Assembly: GCA_964347475.1 (NCBI GenBank)
Contig: CAYFYY010000014.1
Span: forward strand, 547-64,546
Direction of reading: 5' to 3'
Source: an uncultured Flavobacteriales bacterium
GTDB lineage: Bacteria > Pseudomonadota > Alphaproteobacteria > UBA8366 > JADFVY01
Length of the DNA: 64,000 nucleotides
Shown here: piece after piece, positions 50,547 through 60,093 of the stretch
Position numbering within the stretch: position 1 is the first letter of the stretch
How the letters are laid out: each line of letters begins with the position of its first letter
Made by a program: the position numbers and the translations under genes
The notes under the pieces: model-generated
What the model was told of the DNA's origin: nothing
Database searches by the model: none
The model's input: the letters and a program-made list of their open reading frames with translations, nothing else

Positions 50547-52286
50547 ATGGCAGACAGAGGCTGGCAATCCGACATCATCGTCGACATGATCAAGCGATAC
50601 GGGTTCGAGTACATCACGCTCAACCCGGGCGCCAGCTTCCGCGGGCTGCACGATTCGCTCGTCAACTACGGCAACAACGAGCCGCCCCTCCTGTTGTGCC
50701 AGCACGAGGAGACCGCGGTGCAGATGGCGCACGGCTATGCCAAGGCAACCGGGCGGCCGATGATCGCGATCGTCCACAACCTGGTCGGGCTTTTGCACTC
50801 CAACCTTGCCATCTACTATGCCTATGCCGACCGCGCCCCGGTCTTCATCATCGGTGCCACCGGCCCAATGGACGAAGCCAAGCGCCGGCCGCACATCGAC
50901 TGGAGCCACAGCGCGCTGGTCCAGGGCGAGGCCGTGCGCCACTATGTGAAATGGGACTACCAGCCGCATGCCATCGACGGCGTTCCCGAATCCTTTGCGC
51001 GCGCCTACTCGATCATGACGACCCGGCCGCAGGGTCCGATCTACATGTGCTACGATGCGATGCTGCAGGAAGCGCCGCTGACACGCGACGTGCCGCTGCC
51101 CCCGCCCGGCGCGGCGGCGACGCCGGCTCCGATGGCGCCCGACCCGGCCGCGCTGCAGGCCATCGCCGACAAGCTGCTGGCCGCCGACAACCCGGTCCTG
51201 CTGGCCCAGTATGTCGGCCGCCAGGAGGGCGGCTTCGAAAACATGGTGGCGCTTGCCGAAGCGGTTGGCGCGCCGGTCTGGGACATCAACAGCGCGCTCA
51301 ACTTTCCAAGCCGCCATCCGCTCAATTTGAGCATGGATGACGACGTGCTGCGCAAGGCGGACCTGATCGTCGGGCTCGACGTGGTCGACTGGGAGAAACC
51401 GACCCATTCGCTAGACAGCACCAACCGCGTGGTCACGCCTTTGGTGCCGGAAACCTGCGATTGGGTCGAGATCGGCTATGCCGAGATCGGCATGAGCAAG
51501 TGGTCGTTCGACTATGGCCGCATGCAGCCCTGTTCGGTGCGGGCCCTCGGCGATCCGCTGCTGGCGATTCCCGAGCTTGCGCGCCTCTGCCGCGAGCGGA
51601 TCGCCGGCGACGCGTCGCTCGCCGCCCGCGTTCTCGAGCGCGCGGAGGCCGTCACCCGGCGACACGGTGAGTTGCGGGCCCGGTGGCAGGAACAGGCCCG
51701 CGCGGACTGGGACGCCTCGCCGATCACCCTGCCGCGCCTCGCCGCCGAGGTGTGGGAAGTCATAAAGGACGAGGATTGGGTGCTGAGCGCCGGCACGCTG
51801 CGCCAATGGGCGCGCAAGTTGTGGGATTTTGACAGGCCGTACCGCCATCCCGGCAAGTCGCTCGGCACGGCAACGCAGATCGGCATCTCGCTCGGTGTCG
51901 CCCTGGCCAACAGGGGCACCGGACGGCTCGTCGTCGACCTCCAGCCGGACGGCGACCTGATGTTCGACGCCGGTGCGTTGTGGGTGGCAGCCAAGCACGA
52001 AATCCCGATGCTGGTGGTGATGTTCAACAATCGCGCCTATTACAACGACTGGGAGCACCAGATCCGCATGGCGCGGCAACGCAGGACCGACGTCGAAAAG
52101 GCCCATATCGGCATGGACCTCTACGGCCCGGATCCCGATTTCGCCGGCCTCGCGCGGGCCATGGGCTGCCACGGCGAGGGCCCGATCGAGGATCCCGCGC
52201 TGATCGGTCCGGCGCTGCGCCGTGCTCTGGCCGAGGTCAAGAAAGGCCGCCTCGCGCTCGTCGACACGATCACCTGCCACCGGTGA
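50547..52286 (+). CDS. thiamine-diphosphate-dependent enzyme (acetolactate-synthase/benzoylformate-decarboxylase superfamily)
   Basis: 579 aa. N-terminal LNPGASFRGL...CQHEETAVQMAHGYA. C-terminal GDG...NN ThDP motif (LQPDGDLMF...MFNNRAYYN). Confidence 0.9.
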   Translation: MADRGWQSDIIVDMIKRYGFEYITLNPGASFRGLHDSLVNYGNNEPPLLLCQHEETAVQMAHGYAKATGRPMIAIVHNLVGLLHSNLAIYYAYADRAPVFIIGATGPMDEAKRRPHIDWSHSALVQGEAVRHYVKWDYQPHAIDGVPESFARAYSIMTTRPQGPIYMCYDAMLQEAPLTRDVPLPPPGAAATPAPMAPDPAALQAIADKLLAADNPVLLAQYVGRQEGGFENMVALAEAVGAPVWDINSALNFPSRHPLNLSMDDDVLRKADLIVGLDVVDWEKPTHSLDSTNRVVTPLVPETCDWVEIGYAEIGMSKWSFDYGRMQPCSVRALGDPLLAIPELARLCRERIAGDASLAARVLERAEAVTRRHGELRARWQEQARADWDASPITLPRLAAEVWEVIKDEDWVLSAGTLRQWARKLWDFDRPYRHPGKSLGTATQIGISLGVALANRGTGRLVVDLQPDGDLMFDAGALWVAAKHEIPMLVVMFNNRAYYNDWEHQIRMARQRRTDVEKAHIGMDLYGPDPDFAGLARAMGCHGEGPIEDPALIGPALRRALAEVKKGRLALVDTITCHR

Positions 52287-52329
52287 CGCGGTGAACGACC
52301 GCTGCCGGTAACGGATGGGCGACAAGGAA

Positions 52330-52359
52330 ATGCCGGAACCGTATTCACGGTTCCGGCAT
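52330..52359. terminator. bidirectional terminator hairpin between convergent genes
   Basis: ATGCCGGAACCG-TATTCA-CGGTTCCGGCAT, a perfect 12-bp stem with T-rich flanks on both strands. Confidence 0.6.
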
Positions 52360-52509
52360 CGAGTTCTATGTGTTGCCGAGCGGCGCGGCCGCCCCACCCC
52401 CGATGGCGAAAGATCGGCGTGGCGGCACATGCCGAATGCGGCCATGCGGTTCACGCGAACCGCTCCGTCCTGGCCCCCGTGAGGGGATCGCTGCCCGCGA
52501 AACTGCGGA

Positions 52510-53728
52510 TCAGCCTTCGCAAGCCATGTTTTTCGGCTCGTTGTCCTCGTGGGTCGGGTCGTATGCGATGTCGCAGACCATGCCCGCCTTCAGCTGGTCG
52601 CGGGTTGCCTCGCCGCCGCCGATGGTGATCTGGGTCCGTGAACCTGACACCTTCGCGTTTATCCTGGTGCCATCGGCGTCGAATGAGATCTTCTTGCCGT
52701 CCGGCGAGACGTCGGCGAGGCTGGTCCTGATCTTGCGCAATACGACCTCGGCGTCCAGCGCGGCGGCGATGATTTCCACCGTGCCCGGGCCCTGGTTCAG
52801 CGCGTCCCGGACGACGGCCGCAACATCTTCGCCCCAGGCGGGCTCGATCGGGATGCCCAGCCGCTCAGCCTCGGCCAGCAGGCCCGGATCGGACAGCGCC
52901 TTCTCATACGCCGCGCGCAGGTCCCCGACCCGCTGTGCAGGCGTTCCGGGAGGCGCCGCCGTCAGCCGGCCGAGCACCGACATCGCCTGGACAAGGCTGA
53001 CGATCGCCTTGGCCTTCGGGGTCGTGGCGATGTGCTCGGCCTGGAGGATCGTCGGCGTATATCCGCCGACCGCCAGGGCGAAGGTACCATGACCGTTATT
53101 GACGAAGGTCTGCAGGGAACTCAGCGAGCCCAGCTGCCCCGCGATCTCGCCGCGCAGCATGGCCTCCTCGCCTTCCTCGCCGTTGAACCCGGGTACGACC
53201 TCGATGTTGAGATCCAGGGCCTCGCGCAACAGCTGTGTTTCGGTATAGGATGCCGATCCGACGCCAGACGTCGCGAATTTCGCCGGCTGGCCGGCCCGCA
53301 CCAGATCATCGACGTTGCGGGAGCCGCTCTTCGTACTCAGCACCAGCGCGCGCGGATCGGCCGACGCCTTGCCGATCCACTCGAACTCGAGCAGATCGAA
53401 ATTCACGCCTTCGCGCTGCAGCAGCTGCGCATAAATCAGGCCGGTGTTGAACGTCCCGATCGTCAGCCCGTCGCGCGGCGAGGCGGCCAAAAGGTTTGGT
53501 GCCTTTGATGTGGCCGCCGCCCGGCACGTTTTGGACCCGGACGGTGGCGCCGAGATGTTTTCCAAGATACTTGGCGATCAGCCGGGCATAGGTGTCGTAT
53601 CCGCCCCCCGGGCTCGTCGCAACGATGTAGGTGATCGTCTTGCCCTTGTAGAACTCGCTGGCGTTTGCGGTGCCTGCCGCCGCGATCATCGCGCCCAGCA
53701 TCAGCATGACTCTTGGCAGATGTCTCAT
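52510..53728 (-). pseudogene. TctC-like substrate-binding protein with C-terminal extra domain, carrying a +1 frameshift
   Basis: The N-terminal 75 aa (MRHLPRVMLMLG...NVPGGGHIKGT) and the remainder (NLLAASPRDGLTIGTFNTG...MACEG) are in different frames. Removing one T from TTT 53495-53497 restores a protein colinear with the paralogue at 56041-57264. Confidence 0.8.
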
Positions 53729-54046
53729 AACAGTCCTTTCTTACCGCTCCAGCGGATACCGCGGCCCGATTTTCGTATCCTGTTATTGTTCGACCCCGGC
53801 TAACCGTTTGTTTTTCCTGGAAAGATTATCTTGTGCCGCAACCCGTATCAGACTTCGGCGGACCGGCCCTTTCCTGATCTTCCGATTTCATGATCCCGCC
53901 ACATGTTATTCGCCTCGTTGGTCCGAGGTGCCGGCTTTCGGCAGTCCGCGCACCCAACACACCGCGGCCGAACGGACCGGCCCGCGGCAGTCTGACGGAC
54001 AACCTGCTAATTATGGGTTAAGGAGAAAGAGGTAGGGGGTGTGGCG

Positions 54047-54529
54047 TTAACCGAACAGCCAGTCGATCACGAATCCCCCGTGCAGGGGCAGCCGCAGCAT
54101 CACATCGAAGATGAACCACATGCCGACGAGCCCGCCAGCCGACAGTGCCAGGCTCAATATCAGCGGCTCGCGCTGCTGCAGGCGCAGGAAGGTGAACAGG
54201 GCGACAGGCATCGCATACAGAAAGCCGAGCAGCAGGATTGCGATCATGAACGCAACCAGCCAGCAGAACAGGATGCCTGCGGTCCTCAGCTTGCGGCGCT
54301 CGTCGTCGGAAAGGCCGCGGCCCGAATCGCGGCGTGCGGCGTCAACCTCGATCGCCAGCTGGATCGCGCACAGCACGGTCCCCGGGATGCCGATCACGAA
54401 TGGCAGGAACCGGCCCTCGGCGGGATAGCCGACCGCCATCGCGACCATGCCGGCGAAGATCGCCAGCATGACAGCGCTCACCAGTATCCGTCCGCTATAC
54501 GCCAATTTCGAGACTCCTGCGTCGACCAC
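54047..54529 (-). CDS. tctB: TTT small membrane subunit TctB
   Basis: 160 aa, 4 TM. Overlaps the tctA 3' end. An alternative start at 54469 is possible. Confidence 0.75.
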   Translation of the reverse strand: MVDAGVSKLAYSGRILVSAVMLAIFAGMVAMAVGYPAEGRFLPFVIGIPGTVLCAIQLAIEVDAARRDSGRGLSDDERRKLRTAGILFCWLVAFMIAILLLGFLYAMPVALFTFLRLQQREPLILSLALSAGGLVGMWFIFDVMLRLPLHGGFVIDWLFG

Positions 54530-55997
54530 GCCGCCACAGGTAGAATGCGATGCTGCCGCCGATCAACGCGAGGAAGACGAGCGACAGCGGCCGCATCAGA
54601 AAGGCGGGTCCCCAGATCGCCATGGCCTGGTGCAGCGAGACTTCGGCAATCGGGCCGAGCACGAGGCCGATCACGAAGGGCGGCCGTGGCCAGCCGGTCT
54701 CCTTGAGCCCGTAGCCCAGCAGCCCGAACAGCAGGATCAGCAGCATGTTCTCCCAGGCGCCGTGGCTCAGATAGCTGCCCAGGAAGACCAGCACGAACAC
54801 GTAGGGAATCAGCAGGCCGCCGCGCATGAACGCGAGCAGACCGACCCAGCGTGCGACGCCGAGGAATATGACGACCGCGAGAACGTTGGCAAGCACGAGC
54901 GCCCAGATCAGGGTCCACACGAGGTCCAGGTTCTCGACGATCATGCGCGGACCCGGCTGGATGCCCAGCATGATCAACGCCCCCAGCAGGATCGCCATGC
55001 CCGAACTGCCGGGAACACCGAAGAACAGGGTCGGCAGCAGCGAGCCGCCCTCCTTGGAGTTGTTGGCGGTTTCCGGCGCGATCACGCCTTCCACCGCGCC
55101 CTTTCCGAATCGCTCCGGCGTCTTCGACGACTGCACCGCATGGCCGTAGCAGATCCATGACGCGGCATCGCCACCGAGGCCCGGGATCATGCCGATCACC
55201 GCGCCGATGATTGAGGTCCGCAACGACAGCCACCAGTGCCGGAAGACGTCGCCAATGCCGGCGACGATGTCGCGGATGCTGTAATTGGCGGCGTCCCGGG
55301 TCACCGCGGAGACCGAACCCCCCTTGACGCCAAGGGCGATCATCTCCGGCACCGCGAACATCGCCAGGATCGCCGTGATCAGATCGACACCGTCCCACAG
55401 GAACAGCTGGCCGAAGGTGAAGCGCGCGACCCCGGTCTGCGGGTCCATGCCGACGAACGCGATCATCAGGCCGAACGCGCCGACGATCATTCCCTTGATC
55501 AGGCTGTTTCCGCTGAGCGAGGCGATGAAGGTGATGCCGAGGATCGCGAGCAGGAAGAACTCCGCCGGGCTGAAGGCAAGCACGACCGGGGCCAGCACCG
55601 GGATCAGCACCGCCAGCACGGCGGCTCCGATCACGCCACCCAACCCGGATGCGCCGAGGCTGGCGCCGAGCGCCCGCCCGGCCTCCCCCTTCTGTGCCAT
55701 CGGGAAGCCGTCCATGATGGTGGCGGCGTCCGGCCCGGTGCCGGGCACCCCGAACAGGATGCTCGGCACCGACCCGCCGGTGTGCACCACCGCATGCATG
55801 GCCAGCAGGAACACGGCGCCCGCCGTCATGTCCATGCCGAAGACGAAGGGAATCAGAAGGACAATCCCCAGCTTGCCCCCGAGTCCCGGCACGGCGCCGA
55901 AGAACATGCCGATCGGGATGGCGATGAGGATCAGCCCGATCAGCGTCGGCGACGTCATCAGCCCGATCAGGCTGGAGAGGACCAGGTCGACCCCCAT
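54495..55997 (-). CDS. tctA: TTT large permease TctA
   Basis: 500 aa. GAVPGLGG..., LFGVPGTGPDAATIMDGFPMAQKGEAGRALG. Confidence 0.93.
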   Translation of the reverse strand: MGVDLVLSSLIGLMTSPTLIGLILIAIPIGMFFGAVPGLGGKLGIVLLIPFVFGMDMTAGAVFLLAMHAVVHTGGSVPSILFGVPGTGPDAATIMDGFPMAQKGEAGRALGASLGASGLGGVIGAAVLAVLIPVLAPVVLAFSPAEFFLLAILGITFIASLSGNSLIKGMIVGAFGLMIAFVGMDPQTGVARFTFGQLFLWDGVDLITAILAMFAVPEMIALGVKGGSVSAVTRDAANYSIRDIVAGIGDVFRHWWLSLRTSIIGAVIGMIPGLGGDAASWICYGHAVQSSKTPERFGKGAVEGVIAPETANNSKEGGSLLPTLFFGVPGSSGMAILLGALIMLGIQPGPRMIVENLDLVWTLIWALVLANVLAVVIFLGVARWVGLLAFMRGGLLIPYVFVLVFLGSYLSHGAWENMLLILLFGLLGYGLKETGWPRPPFVIGLVLGPIAEVSLHQAMAIWGPAFLMRPLSLVFLALIGGSIAFYLWRRGRRRSLEIGV

Positions 55998-56040
55998 GTC
56001 GGACTGTTCCTCGGCCGTAGGTTGTAGTTTCCGCCGTCCG

Positions 56041-57264
56041 CTAGCCCTCGCAGTCCATCGTCGTTGGCTCGTTCTCGCCGCCCGGCTTGTAGGTGATGGC
56101 GCAAACCATGCCGACCTTCAGGGCCTTGCGATCCCCTTCGGCGCCGCCGATGCGGATCTTGGTGCGTGAGCCGCTGACCTTCGATTCCACCGTCTCGTCC
56201 CCGGACAGGAAGCTGATCACCTTGCCCTTGTCCTCGACGCTCAAGAGGTCCGTCTTTACGGAGAGCACCTTGACCTCGACGTTCATGATCGAGGCCACGA
56301 GCGCAACGGTATCCGGCGACTGGTTCAGCGCCGCGTTGATGGCTTCGGCGACGTCGTCGCCGTACAGCGGCACGATCGGAATGCCGAGCTTTTTGGCCTC
56401 CGCCAGCAGGTCGCCATCCCGGGTCGCGCTGCGGTACGCGGTGCGCAGCGTCCCCAGGATATCCTCGGGGACCCCCGGCGGCGCCGCGGTCAGGCGGGCG
56501 AGCTCGGTCTGCGACTGCACCAGTGCGATCAGCGAACGGCCCCTTTCGGTGGTCACGAGGTCGCGGGCCTGCGGCAGATCGGAATCGGCGCCGCCACCGA
56601 CCTCGAAGGCGAACCGCCCGTAGCCGTTGTCGACGAAGGGTTGGAACGAGCTGCGCGAGCCGAAGGCACCGGCAACGTCGCCGCGCATGATCGCCATCTC
56701 GTCCTCCTTGCCGCTGTAGCCGGGAATGATCTTGAGCTTAAGGTCAAGCGCCTCCATCAGCATGCGGGTATCGTTGTAGGAGGCGGAGCCCACGCCCGAC
56801 ACGCCGACGCGAATCGGCTCTGCCGCAGTCTGCAGGTCCCGGACCGTCGCGACGCCGGCATCCTTGCCCAACAGGAAGGCGCGCGGATCGGATGCCGCCT
56901 TGCCGATCCAGCTCATCTTGCGCAGGTCGAACTTGACGCCTTCCCGGTCGAGGATCTGCGCGTAGACCAGGCCGGTATTGAACGTTCCGATGGTCAGCCC
57001 GTCGGGCTTGGCGGCGTAGAGCTGGTTGGCGCCGATGATGTGGCCCGCGCCCGGCACGTTCTTGACGATGAACTCCGAGCCCGGCAGGTGTTTCTCCATG
57101 TATTTGGCGATCAGCCTGCCATAGGTGTCGTAGCCGCCGCCCGCCTTGGTGGCGACGATGTAGGTCACGGTCTTGCCGTCGTAATACGCCGCGCCGGCCA
57201 GCGCAGGGCCCGATGCCAGAAGCATCGACAGGCCGATCGCGGACGCAATGGTCCTGTGGATCAT
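56041..57264 (-). CDS. TctC-like substrate-binding protein with ~80-aa C-terminal extra domain
   Basis: 408 aa from MIHRTIASAIGLSMLLASGPALA (GGAGG SD). ATKAGGGYDTYGRLIAKYM. Tail ...KVGMVCAITYKPGGENEPTTMDCEG. Confidence 0.85.
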   Translation of the reverse strand: MIHRTIASAIGLSMLLASGPALAGAAYYDGKTVTYIVATKAGGGYDTYGRLIAKYMEKHLPGSEFIVKNVPGAGHIIGANQLYAAKPDGLTIGTFNTGLVYAQILDREGVKFDLRKMSWIGKAASDPRAFLLGKDAGVATVRDLQTAAEPIRVGVSGVGSASYNDTRMLMEALDLKLKIIPGYSGKEDEMAIMRGDVAGAFGSRSSFQPFVDNGYGRFAFEVGGGADSDLPQARDLVTTERGRSLIALVQSQTELARLTAAPPGVPEDILGTLRTAYRSATRDGDLLAEAKKLGIPIVPLYGDDVAEAINAALNQSPDTVALVASIMNVEVKVLSVKTDLLSVEDKGKVISFLSGDETVESKVSGSRTKIRIGGAEGDRKALKVGMVCAITYKPGGENEPTTMDCEG

Positions 57265-57383
57265 AGTGAAGTCCTCCCGTTCCGCCGGCGGAGCGGGCTG
57301 GTTCCGGCGCCCGCCGCCGCCACTGTTACGTCCCCATTTTCGGCGTCGTTGCGCCGGTGCCGCGGCTGTTTCGCCGCGGCTCT

Positions 57384-57971
57384 TCAGAAGCCCTCGGCGT
57401 TCTCCAGCTGCTCGAACCAGTCGAAGCCGATGGCCTTGATGATCCGGCTGTTGACCACGATCACGCGGGCCTCGTTGTCCGGATCGGCATTGACTCTCTT
57501 GTGCGCGCAGTAGGGCGGGATATAGACGAAATCGCCGGTGCTCCATTCGAAACGCTTCGGCTCGTCATCCCACTCCCACGTGAATTCGTCCTGGCAGTCG
57601 AAGCGCACGTCCCAGTGCAGGTCGTAGCCGCGTCCTTCCACGACGTAGGCGATCTCCTCGCTCATGTGGCGGCTCTTGCCGGTGGCGCCGCCGGGCGGGA
57701 TCAGCTGCATGTAGACGTCGATGCAGCACTCCATCGTGTCCATCATCTCGTTCACGATGTGGCGGATCAGGCCGTCCGGCGATCTCTCGAAGGGCATGTC
57801 CCGCCACTTCACCACGTTGATGCGGTTCTTGTAGTCCTCGCGAAACCGCGCCGATTTTTCGAGCGCGTCGGCATAGTAGTTGACGAAGGTCTCGCCGCTG
57901 TGCGCACGCTCGCGCTCCTGCGGATCGATGATCCGCGCAAGCCCGGCCTGGGTCCTGGTCTCTTCGCTCAT
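57384..57971 (-). CDS. monocupin protein (homologous to the N-terminal half of the bicupin at 41499-42638)
   Basis: SRHMSEEIAYVVEGRG and KRFEWSTGDFVYIPP match QQHMFEEVVYVLSGRG and RHSFEWGPKSLFALP. Confidence 0.8.
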   Translation of the reverse strand: MSEETRTQAGLARIIDPQERERAHSGETFVNYYADALEKSARFREDYKNRINVVKWRDMPFERSPDGLIRHIVNEMMDTMECCIDVYMQLIPPGGATGKSRHMSEEIAYVVEGRGYDLHWDVRFDCQDEFTWEWDDEPKRFEWSTGDFVYIPPYCAHKRVNADPDNEARVIVVNSRIIKAIGFDWFEQLENAEGF

Positions 57972-57985
57972 GGCCGTTTCTATCC

Positions 57986-58600
57986 TCAGAGTTCCGGCGG
58001 CGGCATGTAATCTTCCTGTCCGGGCGCCGGCTCCTTTGGCGGGTACTCGACCACCTTCTGGAACAGCATGTGCATGAACAGGAACAGCGGCTTGGCCTTC
58101 ATCACCAGGACGATGGTCTCGTCCTCCTTATCGTCGTTGAGATGCTGGTGCACGCAGCCGTTCTCGACGATCAGCGCATCCCCCGCCTCCCAGGGAAGCT
58201 TGCGCCCGTCATGGATGTCGTGACCCTTGCCCTTGAGCACATAAAAGACGGCACTGTTCATGTGGCCGTGTTTCTGCCCGTATCCACCGGGCGCGAAGAC
58301 GTCGATGTGGCATTCGATCGACTGCGCCACCTTGACCGACTGCGGGTTGATGATCTTCTTGCCGAAATTCTGCGGGCCGCCCTTCCACTTCCAGTCCCGC
58401 GAGCGGTAGACGCGAGGTTGGTTGAACAGCTCCTTTACCAGCTCACCGTAGGTCCCCTCAAGCGCGCGCACGAACGTCCGCTTGCGGGTCCAGCGTTCCC
58501 AGACGACGTCCTTGCCCGGCACCTCGTCGAGCCCGCTGTTGTGGCCCGCCTCCGGGGCGTCGGCGCCGGTTTTGTCGCCGCGGGCGCGCTGCTCGCTCAT
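57986..58600 (-). CDS. monocupin protein with HxH...H metal motif (homologous to the C-terminal half of the bicupin)
   Basis: QKHGHMNSAVFYVLKGKG...VHQHLN matches KAHRHGADFHVYAVTGHG...YHQHYN. Confidence 0.8.
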   Translation of the reverse strand: MSEQRARGDKTGADAPEAGHNSGLDEVPGKDVVWERWTRKRTFVRALEGTYGELVKELFNQPRVYRSRDWKWKGGPQNFGKKIINPQSVKVAQSIECHIDVFAPGGYGQKHGHMNSAVFYVLKGKGHDIHDGRKLPWEAGDALIVENGCVHQHLNDDKEDETIVLVMKAKPLFLFMHMLFQKVVEYPPKEPAPGQEDYMPPPEL

Positions 58601-58841
58601 CGATTCGTCCTCTCTCCGTGCGGGTCGCCGCCAGTTGATATTGAATCTTAATGTGAATCCGGTGCCGGAACAACAAATGCCGCAGTCTGGCGGTCAGACA
58701 ATCTTTGTTTCCGGGTAGTAGCGAGTTGGCATTGTCTTGCCTGCGGGCCAGCGTCTACAAGCAAGATCAAGGCGCACGCCGCGCGGCCCGAAGGGCCGTT
58801 GCGACGGGGCCGCAACATCCCAAGCCGGAGAGGGCAGGGAC

Positions 58842-60059
58842 ATGACGGTGGAGGGCGCCGCACCCGGCGCAGCGCGGGCGATCGATCATGCAACCGAAGC
58901 GTCCTGCTATGCCTCCGGGTTTTTCAGCCTCGGGCTGGTACCGACGATGTGGCTGGTGGTGCCGCTCTGGGCACTGGCGCTCGGCGCCACCCCGTTCGAG
59001 ATCGGCCTCGTCGTCGGCGCTCGCTCGCTCTTGCCGGTGCTGTTCGCGATTCATGGCGGCGTGGTCATGGACCGGCTCGGCGTGCGCCGCGTCATGCTGT
59101 GGCTGGCCGCGGCGTGCCTTGCGATGGTTCCCGCCTATCCGCTGCTCCCTTGGGTGCCGGCGCTGTTCGCCCTGCAGCTGCTGTTCGGCCTCGCACAGGG
59201 ACTGTCCTGGGTCGGTGCCCAGACGCAGATCGGGCGGCTGACGGCTGGCAGCCCGGCGCACGCCGGCCGCTTCAGCTTCGCCAGCACCGCGGGTACCTTC
59301 GTCGGGCCGCTGCTCGCCGGCATCGCGTGGGATCAATTCGGGTCCTCCGGCGCCTTCGCCCTGGTCGCCGCGTGGTGCGCGGCGCTGTGGCTGTCGATCC
59401 GGTTCCTGCCGGCTGCGGACAAGGACGCAGCGCGGCCCGCAACCCCGTTCGATCCCGGCCTGCTGATCCCCCAAGCCAAGGACTATGCCGACGCCGTCCT
59501 GCTGCTTGCCGTGCCCGCGGTCGCGCTCGTGGTCATCGCCACCTTCGCCCGCATCGCCGCGGTCAGCGTGCAGGGCTCTTTTTACCCGGTATATCTCGAG
59601 TCAATCGGTTACGGGGGGACGATCATCGGCGGGCTGATCGCCGTCTCGTCCATCGTCGGCAGCCTCAGCACCCTTCTGAACGGCGCACTCTCGAGGGTCG
59701 TCCGACAGTCGACGATCCTGATCGGGGCGATCGGGCTTTCGGTAGCAGCGATCGCGGCGACGCCGTTCGTCACGTCATTCATGGCACTGGCGCAGTTGGC
59801 ACTCGCATTCGGCGTTGGCATCGGCCTCACCCTGCCGCCGGTGCTGTCGATCCTCTCGAAGGCGGCCGGCCCGTCCCGTCAGGGGATGAGCGTCGGCCTG
59901 CGCACCACAGCGAACCGGCTGGCGTCGCTGGTCGTCCCGGTGGGCATGGGCATCTCAGCCGATTCGTTCGGCATGCGCGGCGCGTTCCTCGCCGTCGGCG
60001 CCGCCCTTGCCCTCGTGCTGGCGGCCATGGCGACCCTCGCCGTCCGCCATCGGCTGTGA
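58842..60059 (+). CDS. MFS transporter
   Basis: 405 aa from ATG 58842, 12 TM-like segments. Confidence 0.85.
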   Translation: MTVEGAAPGAARAIDHATEASCYASGFFSLGLVPTMWLVVPLWALALGATPFEIGLVVGARSLLPVLFAIHGGVVMDRLGVRRVMLWLAAACLAMVPAYPLLPWVPALFALQLLFGLAQGLSWVGAQTQIGRLTAGSPAHAGRFSFASTAGTFVGPLLAGIAWDQFGSSGAFALVAAWCAALWLSIRFLPAADKDAARPATPFDPGLLIPQAKDYADAVLLLAVPAVALVVIATFARIAAVSVQGSFYPVYLESIGYGGTIIGGLIAVSSIVGSLSTLLNGALSRVVRQSTILIGAIGLSVAAIAATPFVTSFMALAQLALAFGVGIGLTLPPVLSILSKAAGPSRQGMSVGLRTTANRLASLVVPVGMGISADSFGMRGAFLAVGAALALVLAAMATLAVRHRL

Positions 60060-60093
60060 CCCGCCCCGCGCCGCAGCAAGGAGGAGCAGACCC

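Noticed and set aside
52370-53092. 240-aa plus-strand ORF
   Set aside because: Antisense to the TctC-like pseudogene. Ser/Ala/Pro-rich with no motifs.
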